In this document: positions 9,436-18,527 of the stretch, piece after piece
Layout of the letters: each line of letters opens with the position of its first letter
Numbering within the stretch: the stretch's first letter is position 1
Assembly: GCA_963664405.1 (NCBI GenBank)
Contig: OY761158.1
Coordinates: 3,648,001 to 3,712,000 of the forward strand
Reading direction: 5' to 3'
DNA: 64,000 nt
Source of the DNA: Thermoanaerobaculia bacterium
GTDB lineage: Bacteria; Acidobacteriota; Thermoanaerobaculia; Multivoradales; Multivoraceae
Program-made: the position numbers and the translations under genes
The notes under the pieces: generated by a model
The model's input: the letters and a program-made list of their open reading frames with translations, nothing else
The model's database searches: none
Told to the model about the DNA's origin: nothing

Positions 9436-12369
9436 GTGGCAGCTCCTACCCCCCCCTCCAAGACCCCGGACCGTCATTACGACTTCCGGTCGTTGAATGT
9501 TGTTTTCGCGCTGAGCTCGCTGGCTCTCCTCGCCGTCACTCTGTTTATGGTGATGGGAGACTTCGGCAGGCCCTGGAAGCGCTACCAGTCTGAGTTCCGA
9601 GATCTGGAGCGCGCCGCGATCCTGAAAGAGCTCGAGGCCGAGCGCCAGAGCCTGAATCAGGACCAGATCGCCACCGTGAATTCAGAGATCGCGGCGGAAA
9701 GGCAGCGGCTGGAAGAGCGTCGTGGCGAGATCGACTCGCTGGAATCCGACATCGTTGCCTTTGATCGAGAGATTTTCGGCTCCGACGCCGCCATGAGGGC
9801 AACCAAGTCGGAACTCGACGCCCAGAAATACGTGTACGACTCGGCCCTGCAGCGTGGTGAAGAAGACAGCATCACTGAGGAGCGAGAGACCGTCGCGTCC
9901 CTGACCAGTACCTGGATGGATGAGCGACGCACGGTGCAGGAGCTGGAGACTGAGCGTGACGCAGTTGAGGGCGAGCTCGAGGAGGCACACAGCGCTCTGA
10001 CCGCGTCGGAGGCGAAGCTCAACGACCTCAACGCGGCGCTCAGCGGTCTCGATGTCCGCCTCGAAACCGTCGCCAAAGACATCGACTACTTCATGCTCAA
10101 CGCGCCGTTGATGGACTTTCTCCAGCCAACATTGCGTATCGAGCAGGTGGTCTTGTCAGGTCTTTTTCACGACATCAACTTCACCACCATCGACCGCGTC
10201 GACCGCTGTCAGACCTGTCATATCGCGTCGGGCCGCACCGGCTACGACGGCGAGGAGTGGGAAGAGCCCTTTCGCTCCCATCCCCGGCTCGATCTCTTCG
10301 TAAACGATGGGTCACCTCACCCATACTCGCAATTCGGCTGCACGGCCTGCCACGGTGGCCTCGACCGAGCCACCGATTTTGCTCGCGCTGGACACACTCC
10401 AGTCGCGGAAGAACAGTTGCACGAGTGGACCGCCGGCCTCGGCTGGGAACGGCAGAAGTTCCTCGAGACGCCCATTCACGCCCTTCCTTTTGCCGAAGCG
10501 GGCTGCCTCAGTTGCCATGCGGACCAGGTGTGGACCCCGGAGTCGCACACCGCCGACACCGGCCGCAAGCTGATCCTCAAGATGGGTTGCTATGGCTGTC
10601 ACAAGATCGACTTCGAGGCGTTCACCGATCTGCCGAAGGTTGGTCCCGACCTCCGTAAAGTCGCTTCGAAGACCAATTCAGCCTGGGCGACGAAGTGGAT
10701 CCGCGCTCCGCGTGAATTCCGCCAGACCACTTGGATGCCGCACTTCTTCTACGGGGAGAACATCAAAGGAGCTGAGAACGAGGCGTTTCAGGAGGCAGAG
10801 ATTGCCTCGATTGTCGACTTGCTCTGGGAGAGCTCTGAAACAGTCAGCTACAACCCTGTGCGGGCAGGGAATGCCGCCAGAGGCGAGGCGCTGTTCAACA
10901 GTATCGGCTGCACCGGTTGTCACGTCATCGATGGCGAAGGGTCACGCGAGGACTACCTCGACAACCTCGAGCGGCTGCACGGTCCGAACCTGATCGGTGT
11001 CGGCAGCAAGGTCAGCGCCGAGTGGCTCTTCGCGTGGCTCAAAGACCCGAAGCAGTACCGGCCTGATACCCCGATGCCGAATCTACGGCTCGAGGATCAG
11101 GAGGCCGAGGACCTCACTGCCTACCTCATGGGCCAGCGCAATCCTGCCTGGGAGGGTCTAGCTCGGGAGCCTGCATCGAGCGTCGCCAGGGGTCGGTTGG
11201 TGCTCGAATATCTGCAGGCCACGATGACTATCGAGCAGAGTGAGGCGCGCCTGGCCGAAATGAGCGACGAAGAGCAGAGTCTCTTCCTCGGCCGTCAGTC
11301 GGTTTCGAAGTACGGGTGCTTTGGCTGTCACACCATCGCCGGCTTCGAAGAGACCAAGCCGATCGGTGTTGAGCTGACGGAGGAGGCTTCCAAGCCCACC
11401 CACCTTCTCGACTTTGGTCACGTTCACGAAGTCGAGCACACGCGCAACGACTGGATTCGCACCAAGGTCCAGCGACCCAGGATCTGGGATCAGGGAAAAG
11501 AGCTGGTGAAGAACTTCGGCGAGCTCTATCGGATGCCCAATTTTGGCATGTCCGATCGAGAGGCGGACGCCGTAACCACAATCGTGCTCGGCTTCACCAA
11601 AGAGTCGGTGATCGAACAGCGCAAGGCCGGCAACAGCCCGCTGACCCCGACCTTGGCTGCAGGCCGCAAGATCGTCAGCCATTACAACTGTCAGGGCTGC
11701 CACCTCATCGAGGGTGCGGGCCGTGCAATCCGTACCGCGATGGAGGATGACAGCAATCTTCCTCCTAACCTGTCGGCGCAGGGCGCTCGAACTCAGGCGG
11801 ACTGGCTCTTCGGTTTTCTTCACGATCCGTCGAGTGTGCAATTGCGTCCTTGGCTGAAGGTGCGGATGCCGACCTTCGACTTCTCCGACGAGCAAGCGAA
11901 CGGACTCATTTCGTACTTCGCCGCTCTGGAGGAGACGGTGCCCTTCGCCTCGGATCCTGAGCCCGCCGACCCACGAAGCCTGGGTGTCGGTACCGAGATT
12001 TTTGCGATGCTCCAGTGCGCCCGCTGCCATCCGGCCGGTGAGGACGCTCTGGCTGACCTCGGTGGCGGTACCGCCGATCTTGCTCCCTCACTCTTGCTCG
12101 GACCGGAACGGCTACGACACGACTGGGTCGCATCGTGGATCAAGGACCCGCAGGGCTGGGTTCCCGGTACGCGGATGCCGACCAATTTCCCAGTGCTGCC
12201 CGATGGCAGCTTCTCGTCACCCTTACCCAATGTAATAGACACTCCGCCCTTCGCCGATGCCAAACGCAGCATGATGCGTCATTTCGATAGCGACGCCGAG
12301 CTCGAAGAGTTCCTCGGCGACGTCGATCGCGTGAGCGAGGCATTGCGGGACTACATCTGGAGTCTCTAG
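9436..12369 (+). CDS. Membrane-anchored octaheme cytochrome c with coiled-coil stalk
   Basis: Eight CxxCH motifs (CQTCH, CTACH, CLSCH, CYGCH, CTGCH, CFGCH, CQGCH, CARCH); repeated GP.L..W...P..MP class I modules. Confidence 0.9.
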   Translation: MAAPTPPSKTPDRHYDFRSLNVVFALSSLALLAVTLFMVMGDFGRPWKRYQSEFRDLERAAILKELEAERQSLNQDQIATVNSEIAAERQRLEERRGEIDSLESDIVAFDREIFGSDAAMRATKSELDAQKYVYDSALQRGEEDSITEERETVASLTSTWMDERRTVQELETERDAVEGELEEAHSALTASEAKLNDLNAALSGLDVRLETVAKDIDYFMLNAPLMDFLQPTLRIEQVVLSGLFHDINFTTIDRVDRCQTCHIASGRTGYDGEEWEEPFRSHPRLDLFVNDGSPHPYSQFGCTACHGGLDRATDFARAGHTPVAEEQLHEWTAGLGWERQKFLETPIHALPFAEAGCLSCHADQVWTPESHTADTGRKLILKMGCYGCHKIDFEAFTDLPKVGPDLRKVASKTNSAWATKWIRAPREFRQTTWMPHFFYGENIKGAENEAFQEAEIASIVDLLWESSETVSYNPVRAGNAARGEALFNSIGCTGCHVIDGEGSREDYLDNLERLHGPNLIGVGSKVSAEWLFAWLKDPKQYRPDTPMPNLRLEDQEAEDLTAYLMGQRNPAWEGLAREPASSVARGRLVLEYLQATMTIEQSEARLAEMSDEEQSLFLGRQSVSKYGCFGCHTIAGFEETKPIGVELTEEASKPTHLLDFGHVHEVEHTRNDWIRTKVQRPRIWDQGKELVKNFGELYRMPNFGMSDREADAVTTIVLGFTKESVIEQRKAGNSPLTPTLAAGRKIVSHYNCQGCHLIEGAGRAIRTAMEDDSNLPPNLSAQGARTQADWLFGFLHDPSSVQLRPWLKVRMPTFDFSDEQANGLISYFAALEETVPFASDPEPADPRSLGVGTEIFAMLQCARCHPAGEDALADLGGGTADLAPSLLLGPERLRHDWVASWIKDPQGWVPGTRMPTNFPVLPDGSFSSPLPNVIDTPPFADAKRSMMRHFDSDAELEEFLGDVDRVSEALRDYIWSL

Positions 12370-12397
12370 AAAGCTCACTTCAAGGAGGATTTCGAAA

Positions 12398-13165
12398 ATG
12401 AAGAATGCCAAGATCGGGTTTGGCCTATCTACTCTGCTACTCCTCGCCCTCGTCGGCTGCGGCGGTGGTGACAGCTCCGCGCCGGCGCCGGCGGCAGACG
12501 CTCCGCCGCCGGCTCCGCCTGTCGATTTGTCGCAGACCGGCTCCTTAGCCGGAGTCGTTACCTTCTCTAATGGCGACGACCCCGACATCGTTATCAAGAT
12601 GGACGCCGATCCGGTTTGCGCGGGCCTGCACAGCGGGCCGGTGGAATCCGAGACTCGTCTTGCTGACGGTTCCAATCTGGCCAACGTCTTCGTGTATGTG
12701 AAGTCTGGTCTCGAGGGCAGCTTCAATGCGCCGGCCGAGCCGGCGAGTTTGAACCAGGAAGGTTGCCTCTACACGCCGCGCGTCTCGGGAATCATGGTCG
12801 GCCAGACCCTCAAGGTGGTCAACACCGACCCTACTCTTCACAATGTGCATGCGGTGCCGAGCAACAACCCGGAGTTCAATCAGGCTCAGCCTTTCCAAGG
12901 CATGGAGCTCGAACGTGTGTTCGAGAGCTCCGAGGTGATGATTCCCTTCAAGTGCGACGTCCACCCGTGGATGCAGTCGTATGTGGCAGTTCTCGACCAT
13001 CCCTTCTTTGGGGTGAGCGGTACGAATGGCAGCTTTTCGATCGAGGGGATTCCGGCTGGAACCTACACAGTCGAAGCCTGGCATGAGCTGTTCGGCACTC
13101 AGACTTCGGAAGTTACGATTGGGGCCGGCGACTCCACCGACGTTGCCTTCAGCTTTGGTGGTTAG
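12398..13165 (+). CDS. Lipoprotein with cupredoxin-like and carboxypeptidase-regulatory-like domains
   Basis: Lipobox LVGC; HNVH and CDVHPWM motifs; GTYTVEAWHE. Confidence 0.75.
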   Translation: MKNAKIGFGLSTLLLLALVGCGGGDSSAPAPAADAPPPAPPVDLSQTGSLAGVVTFSNGDDPDIVIKMDADPVCAGLHSGPVESETRLADGSNLANVFVYVKSGLEGSFNAPAEPASLNQEGCLYTPRVSGIMVGQTLKVVNTDPTLHNVHAVPSNNPEFNQAQPFQGMELERVFESSEVMIPFKCDVHPWMQSYVAVLDHPFFGVSGTNGSFSIEGIPAGTYTVEAWHELFGTQTSEVTIGAGDSTDVAFSFGG

Positions 13166-13225
13166 TGGCCTGAGTCAGGCTGTTCTCGGCATGTGGAAAG
13201 TGCCGAGGCAGCTTCTCGCGAGGAG

Positions 13226-14122
13226 ATGAAGGTGGAAACGGTCCAGATGGCGCAGGTGCACTTGAGTGCGGCCGACCTTTCCCAGCTGACAAAGCCCCGC
13301 ATCACGCTCATGGTGCTCATCACCATGGCGGCGGGGGCTTTCTTGGCCGATCCTGCCGGCTTCTCGCCTTTGCTGGTGAGTGAGGCCCTACTCGCGACCG
13401 GGTTGTTGGCGAGTGCCGCGTCGGCGCTCAATCAGGTCCTCGAGACGCGCGAAGACGCTCTTATGGAGCGCACTCGCGACCGTCCGCTGGCGGCGGGTCG
13501 GGTCGATCGCACTCTGGTGATCTCCCTGGCCTGTGCCTCCACCGCGATCGCGCTGCTCATTCTGGCGTGGCGAGTCAATCCGCTGACCGCTCTGCTCGGA
13601 GCCATTACTTCTTTCTCATACCTCTTCTTGTACACGCCCCTCAAGAAGCGCACCGTGTTCTCGACGCTGGTGGGTGCGGTTCCCGGTGCTCTCCCGCCCG
13701 TGATGGGGTGGGCGGCCGCTTCGGGACGCATCGACGCGGGCGCTTGGGTCCTCTTCGGCATGCTCTTTCTGTGGCAGGTGCCCCACTTCCTCGCCATCGC
13801 GTGGATCTATCGTGAGGACTACGGTCGCGGCGGCTTTCGCGTTCTTCCAGTCCTCGACCCTAAGGGTGGCTGGACGGCTGCGACGATGGTGGTTTTCACC
13901 GTGCTGCTCGTTGGAGTCACCCTGTTGGGCCCGGGCGCTGGTGTTTTCGATACCATCGGAGTCACCGGGGCGGTGGCTGCGGGACTGGGCTTTCTGCTTA
14001 CAGGTATCGACTTCGCCAGGCGCCGATCTCGGCAGGCGGCGCGCCGCGTTCTTCTTGCTTCTGTTCTATACCTGCCGGCGGTTCTCGCCATTTCGCTATT
14101 CGACTATTTGCCAGGGCTGTAG
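13226..14122 (+). CDS. cyoE: Protoheme IX farnesyltransferase (heme O synthase)
   Basis: LTKPRI, NQVLE..D..M.RT..RPL, YTPLK, GALPP..GW, WQVPHF; start uncertain (13193 or 13226). Confidence 0.93.
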   Translation: MKVETVQMAQVHLSAADLSQLTKPRITLMVLITMAAGAFLADPAGFSPLLVSEALLATGLLASAASALNQVLETREDALMERTRDRPLAAGRVDRTLVISLACASTAIALLILAWRVNPLTALLGAITSFSYLFLYTPLKKRTVFSTLVGAVPGALPPVMGWAAASGRIDAGAWVLFGMLFLWQVPHFLAIAWIYREDYGRGGFRVLPVLDPKGGWTAATMVVFTVLLVGVTLLGPGAGVFDTIGVTGAVAAGLGFLLTGIDFARRRSRQAARRVLLASVLYLPAVLAISLFDYLPGL

Positions 14123-14167
14123 CGGAGGTCTTCTCGGACTTCTCTTGACTCATTTGGAAGGTGATGT

Positions 14168-15937
14168 ATGGAACCAGTCGCGACTGAACCTGAAGAAGCA
14201 GACCATCACGAGGATCACCCTCATGAGAGCTTCTGGAGGCGCTACGTCTTTTCCCAGGACCACAAAGTCATCGGCATTCAATACGCCGTGACCGCCTTGG
14301 TGTTCTTGTTCCTGGGCTTTTGCCTCATGCTGCTGATGCGCTGGCAGCTGGCCTACCCAGGCCAGCCGGTGCCGTTGATTGGCGGCCTGCTTGGCGAGAA
14401 CAACGCTCCCCAGGGGCGGATGCTGCCGGAGTTCTACAACCAGCTAGGTGCTATGCACGGCACGATCATGGTGTTCATGGCGATTGTGCCGCTCGCCGTC
14501 GGTGCCTTCGGCAACTATGTCGTACCGCTTCAGATCGGCGCACCAGATATGGCCTTTCCGAAGTTGAACATGGCGAGTTACTGGTGCTTCTTTGCAGGTG
14601 GCATCCTCATGCTCACCGGCTTCTTCGTCCCCGGTGGTGCCGCTCAATCGGGTTGGACCTCGTACCCGCCTCTGTCGGTTACGGCCCCGACTGGTCAGAC
14701 CATCTGGCTCTTCGGTATGGTTCTGCTGATCACCTCGTCCTTGTTGGGCTCGGTCAATTTCATCGTGACCATCATCCAACTGCGAGTGAAGGGGCTCACC
14801 TTCATGCGCCTCCCATTCTTTGTTTGGGCGCAATTGGTGACGGCCTTCCTGCTACTGCTCGCCTTCCCTCCGCTCGAGGCAGCCGGCATCTTGCAGCTCA
14901 TGGACCGCCTCGCCGGAACCAGCTTCTTCATGCCGGAGGGCCTCGTAATCAGTGGGCAGCTCTTAGAGGTGAGCGGCGGTGGCAGCCCGCTGCTGTGGCA
15001 GCATCTCTTTTGGTTCCTCGCCCACCCGGAAGTTTACGTACTCATATTGCCGGCGATGGGTATCGTTGCCGAGATCATCGCCACCAACACCCGCAAGCCG
15101 CTCTGGGGCTACAAGTCTCTGGTCTACTCGTTGATCTTCCTCGGCTTCATGTCTTTCATCGTCTGGGCTCACCATATGTTTCTGACCGGCATGGGCACCA
15201 AGATCAGTGCCTTCTTCCAGACTACGACGATGATCATCTCGGTTCCGTCGGTGGTCATCCTCACAGCTTTGCTCTTGTCTCTCTGGGGGGGCTCGATCCG
15301 CTTCAACACGCCGATGCTCTTTGCTCTGGCGTTTCTTCCCATGTTCGGCATCGGTGGGCTCACCGGCCTTCCACTGGGCCTGATCGCCTCGGACATCCCT
15401 CTGCACGACACTTACTACGTAATCGGTCACTTTCACTACGTGGTGGCGCCGGGAACGATCTTCGCCTTGTTTGCCGGCATCTACTTCTGGTTCCCCAAGG
15501 TGACCGGGCGAAAGATGAGCGAGCTTCTGGGCAAGCTTCATTTCTGGCCCTCGTTGATCTTCATCAACGGCGTCTTTTTCCCGATGTTCATCCAGGGACT
15601 GGCCGGCTTGTCTCGACGGCTCTATGACGGCGGCGAGATCTACGACTTCCCGGATCACGTCATGGTGTGGAACAAGGTCATGTCGCACTCGGCCTTCGGC
15701 CTTGCCGCGGTCCAGATCTTCTTCGTCGTCAACTTCTTTTGGAGCATCTTCAAGGGCGAGAAGGTCGGCGCCAACCCCTGGCAGTCGAACACCTTGGAGT
15801 GGACGGACGCTCCGTCTCCGCCGGTGGCCCATGGCAACTTTCCCAAGCTGCCACAGGTCTACCGCGGTGCCTACGAGTACAGCTCGCCGGGGCAGGACGA
15901 GGATTTCCTTCCCCAAAGCCAGCCGCAGGAGGCCTGA
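14168..15937 (+). CDS. ctaD: Heme-copper oxidase subunit I (A1-like)
   Basis: DHKVIG, HGTIM, DMAFP, GWTSYPPL, HPEVY, WAHH, HDTYY..HFHY, SRR. Confidence 0.95.
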   Translation: MEPVATEPEEADHHEDHPHESFWRRYVFSQDHKVIGIQYAVTALVFLFLGFCLMLLMRWQLAYPGQPVPLIGGLLGENNAPQGRMLPEFYNQLGAMHGTIMVFMAIVPLAVGAFGNYVVPLQIGAPDMAFPKLNMASYWCFFAGGILMLTGFFVPGGAAQSGWTSYPPLSVTAPTGQTIWLFGMVLLITSSLLGSVNFIVTIIQLRVKGLTFMRLPFFVWAQLVTAFLLLLAFPPLEAAGILQLMDRLAGTSFFMPEGLVISGQLLEVSGGGSPLLWQHLFWFLAHPEVYVLILPAMGIVAEIIATNTRKPLWGYKSLVYSLIFLGFMSFIVWAHHMFLTGMGTKISAFFQTTTMIISVPSVVILTALLLSLWGGSIRFNTPMLFALAFLPMFGIGGLTGLPLGLIASDIPLHDTYYVIGHFHYVVAPGTIFALFAGIYFWFPKVTGRKMSELLGKLHFWPSLIFINGVFFPMFIQGLAGLSRRLYDGGEIYDFPDHVMVWNKVMSHSAFGLAAVQIFFVVNFFWSIFKGEKVGANPWQSNTLEWTDAPSPPVAHGNFPKLPQVYRGAYEYSSPGQDEDFLPQSQPQEA

Positions 15938-15940
15938 GTC

Positions 15941-16537
15941 ATGTCGGTCGCGATCCCTTTCAATAGCGAACCTCGTCCCGACACCGGGCTGTACAACGCC
16001 AAGCTCGGTGTATGGCTCTTCCTCGCCTCCGAGGTCATGCTCTTCGGAGCCCTGTTCTCGACCTACATTCTGTTGCGTACCGCCGCTGTCGAGTGGCCGC
16101 AGGGCTCTGAGATTCTCGATGTTCCGATAGCCTTCTTCAACACCTTGGTGCTGATCGCTTCTAGCGTGACCATGGTCATGTCCTGGGCCTCCTTGAAGAT
16201 GGGCGACGTCGGCAAATTCAGGCTGTATATGGCTCTGACCATTCTGTGCGCACTCATCTTTCTAGCGGTCAAAGCCTACGAGTACGGAGCCAAGTTCTCT
16301 CATCATCACTACCCTTCCGACAGTACTTTTCTGGCGATCTACTTCACACTCACCGGGCTCCATGGCTTGCACATCATCGGTGGCGTGATCGTCAACGGCT
16401 ATTTATGGGGCCCTGGCCTCAAGATGTGGAAGTCCGATCCTGAGCGCTTCACCAACCGCATCGAGGTTGCCGGTCTGTACTGGCACTTTGTCGACTTGGT
16501 TTGGATCTTCCTCTTCCCTGTCCTCTATCTTCTGTAG
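15941..16537 (+). CDS. ctaE: Cytochrome c oxidase subunit III
   Basis: WLFLASEVMLF, LTGLHGLH, YWHFVDLVWIFLF. Confidence 0.93.
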   Translation: MSVAIPFNSEPRPDTGLYNAKLGVWLFLASEVMLFGALFSTYILLRTAAVEWPQGSEILDVPIAFFNTLVLIASSVTMVMSWASLKMGDVGKFRLYMALTILCALIFLAVKAYEYGAKFSHHHYPSDSTFLAIYFTLTGLHGLHIIGGVIVNGYLWGPGLKMWKSDPERFTNRIEVAGLYWHFVDLVWIFLFPVLYLL

Positions 16538-16547
16538 GAGTTTTTCA

Positions 16548-16850
16548 ATGAGCGGCCATAGTGCAGAAGAGGTTCGTGCCCACGTCAAGATCTACATGAT
16601 GGTTTTCGGCGCGCTGGCGGTGCTGACCGTAGTGACGGTCGCTGTGAGCTATCTCGATATCGCGGTGGGTCCTGCGATGGTCCTCGCCCTTCTCATCGCC
16701 ACGGTCAAGGGCTCTTTGGTGGCCCTTTTCTTCATGCATCTCAAGGGCGAGGTGAGGGCCATACTCTGGACCTTGCTGTTGACGGCTTTCTTTTTTCTCG
16801 TACTGATGTCGGTTCCTCTGTCGGGCTACCTCGACTCGACGAGCTTGTAG
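16548..16850 (+). CDS. Cytochrome c oxidase subunit IV (caa3-type)
   Basis: LAVLTVVTV, IATVKGSLVALFFMHLK; ATG 16548 after AGGAG. Confidence 0.85.
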   Translation: MSGHSAEEVRAHVKIYMMVFGALAVLTVVTVAVSYLDIAVGPAMVLALLIATVKGSLVALFFMHLKGEVRAILWTLLLTAFFFLVLMSVPLSGYLDSTSL

Positions 16851-16851
16851 G

Positions 16852-17061
16852 ATGTCTCTAGCCTCGTTCCATATTCTGTTCATCGGCATGAGCGTGCTGC
16901 TTGCGGCGGTGTGCGGTCTGTGGGGAATTCGCGCCTTTGTCGCGGAGGGCAGCGCCAGTGGTCTGGCATTCGGAATTCTGTCGCTGCTCGCCGTACCCGT
17001 ACTCGTGGTCTATGGCGTACGCGTTCGGCGCAAGCTCAAGGAGCTGGGGGCCTTCTCGTGA
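16852..17061 (+). CDS. Small two-TM membrane protein of the oxidase cluster
   Basis: 69 aa, MSLASFHILFI, two hydrophobic helices, translationally coupled to its neighbours. Confidence 0.65.
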   Translation: MSLASFHILFIGMSVLLAAVCGLWGIRAFVAEGSASGLAFGILSLLAVPVLVVYGVRVRRKLKELGAFS

Positions 17062-17330
17062 ATGGGACTGCCCGTACTTCGGTGCTGATTGCCGCCGGGC
17101 TCCTTTTTCTGGTGCTCTGGCCGGTCACCACTGAGGCCTGCGCCACCTGCTTCGGCGACCCCAACTCGGCCGAGACCAAAGGGGTCAAAAACGCTGTGCT
17201 CTTCCTGCTTGGCGTGATCGGTCTGGTTCAGGTCGGCTTCGTCAAGATGTTCTGGAACTTTCGCAAACGTGCCAAGTCGCTGGAAGACCGGAGGAAAGAC
17301 TTCCGGATTCTGCGCGGAGGACTCCCCTGA
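17058..17330 (+). CDS. Small exported/membrane protein with ACxxC motif
   Basis: GTG start overlapping the upstream TGA; signal-like segment, then ACATCFGD and a TM helix. Confidence 0.65.
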   Translation: MNGTARTSVLIAAGLLFLVLWPVTTEACATCFGDPNSAETKGVKNAVLFLLGVIGLVQVGFVKMFWNFRKRAKSLEDRRKDFRILRGGLP

Positions 17331-18067
17331 TGTTGGAATTCTTGAATCTGCCGCCGGACTGGTCGGCCAATGGGTATCGCATCGACGCGCTCATCGGCAT
17401 CATCCATTGGGTCATGCTCATCCTCTTCGTCGGCTGGGGGCTGTACTTCGTCTACGTGCTCTTTCGTTTCCGACAGGGGCGTAACCCCAAGGCGTCGCCA
17501 AGTGGAGCGAAGGGGATGTGGAGTAAGTATGTCGAGGTTGCCATTGTCATCTTCGAGGTGGTGCTTCTGTTCGGTTTCGCATTTCCGATCTGGTCCGAGC
17601 GGGTAGAGGGTTTTCCAGCAGAGGAAGCCTCGACCCGGGTACGTGTGGTTGCCGAGCAATTCGCCTGGAACTTCCACTACCCTGGAGCCGACGGTGAGTG
17701 GGGGCGAACGGATGTGAGTCTCATCGACGCGGCCGTAAATCCGCTCGGCCTCGACCGCGATGATCCCGCGGCCGCCGATGACATCACGACGATCAACAAT
17801 CTGAATCTGCCGGTCGACAAGCCGGTGATTCTGTATCTCCGCAGCAAGGACGTGATCCACGGCTTCAACCTGCCTTATATGCGGGTGAAACAGGACGTCA
17901 TTCCGGGGCAGACCATTCCGATATGGTTCAAGCCGGTCAAGACCGGTGACTCCGAGATCGCTTGCGCGCAGCTCTGCGGTCTCACTCACTATCGGATGAG
18001 AGGTTTCCTACACATCCAGACTCAGGCTGATTACGACGTCTGGCTTGCGGAGCAGGTAGGGTCGTAG
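17330..18067 (+). CDS. ctaC: Cytochrome c oxidase subunit II (CuA)
   Basis: Two TM helices, QFAWNFHYP, DVIHGF, KQDVIPG, CAQLCGLTHYRM. Confidence 0.93.
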   Translation: MLEFLNLPPDWSANGYRIDALIGIIHWVMLILFVGWGLYFVYVLFRFRQGRNPKASPSGAKGMWSKYVEVAIVIFEVVLLFGFAFPIWSERVEGFPAEEASTRVRVVAEQFAWNFHYPGADGEWGRTDVSLIDAAVNPLGLDRDDPAAADDITTINNLNLPVDKPVILYLRSKDVIHGFNLPYMRVKQDVIPGQTIPIWFKPVKTGDSEIACAQLCGLTHYRMRGFLHIQTQADYDVWLAEQVGS

Positions 18068-18111
18068 CTCCTGATTTCCTCTCATTCGGGTGTCCCCTTG
18101 GTCCAGCGGCC

Positions 18112-18525
18112 ATGGACGTTAATCAGCTTCCGGCAGTCAACGCCGCCCTCAACAGCACCAGCTTTGCTCTGCTGCTGACGGGCTATTTTCTGATTCGTCG
18201 TGGCCGCCGGTTGGCGCACCGCCGGTGCATGCTCGCCGCTTTCGCGACCTCGACCTTGTTTCTCGTTTCCTATCTCTTTTACCACTCGCAGGTCGGAAGT
18301 GTGCGCTACCAGGGCACCGGTGGCTGGCGCATTTTCTACTTCACGATCCTCCTCACCCACACGGTTCTTGCGGCAACGGTTCCTTTTCTTGCCGTCGTGA
18401 CCCTGGTCCGGGGGCTTCGGGGGCGCTTCGAGCGCCATGTTCCGATCGCCCGAATAACCCTTCCGATCTGGCTCTACGTTTCGCTTACGGGTGTGATGGT
18501 CTACATAATGCTCTACTGGCGTTAG
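18112..18525 (+). CDS. DUF420 membrane protein (oxidase-associated)
   Basis: LPAVNAALN, HRRCM, LFLVSYL.YH, LLTHTVLA, PIWLYVSLTG. Confidence 0.85.
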   Translation: MDVNQLPAVNAALNSTSFALLLTGYFLIRRGRRLAHRRCMLAAFATSTLFLVSYLFYHSQVGSVRYQGTGGWRIFYFTILLTHTVLAATVPFLAVVTLVRGLRGRFERHVPIARITLPIWLYVSLTGVMVYIMLYWR

Positions 18526-18527
18526 CC

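Noticed and set aside
14320-15916. 435-aa and 317-aa alternative-frame ORFs over ctaD
   Set aside because: Shadow ORFs expected from high-GC codon bias; no motifs. The same applies to most other overlapping ORFs in the track.
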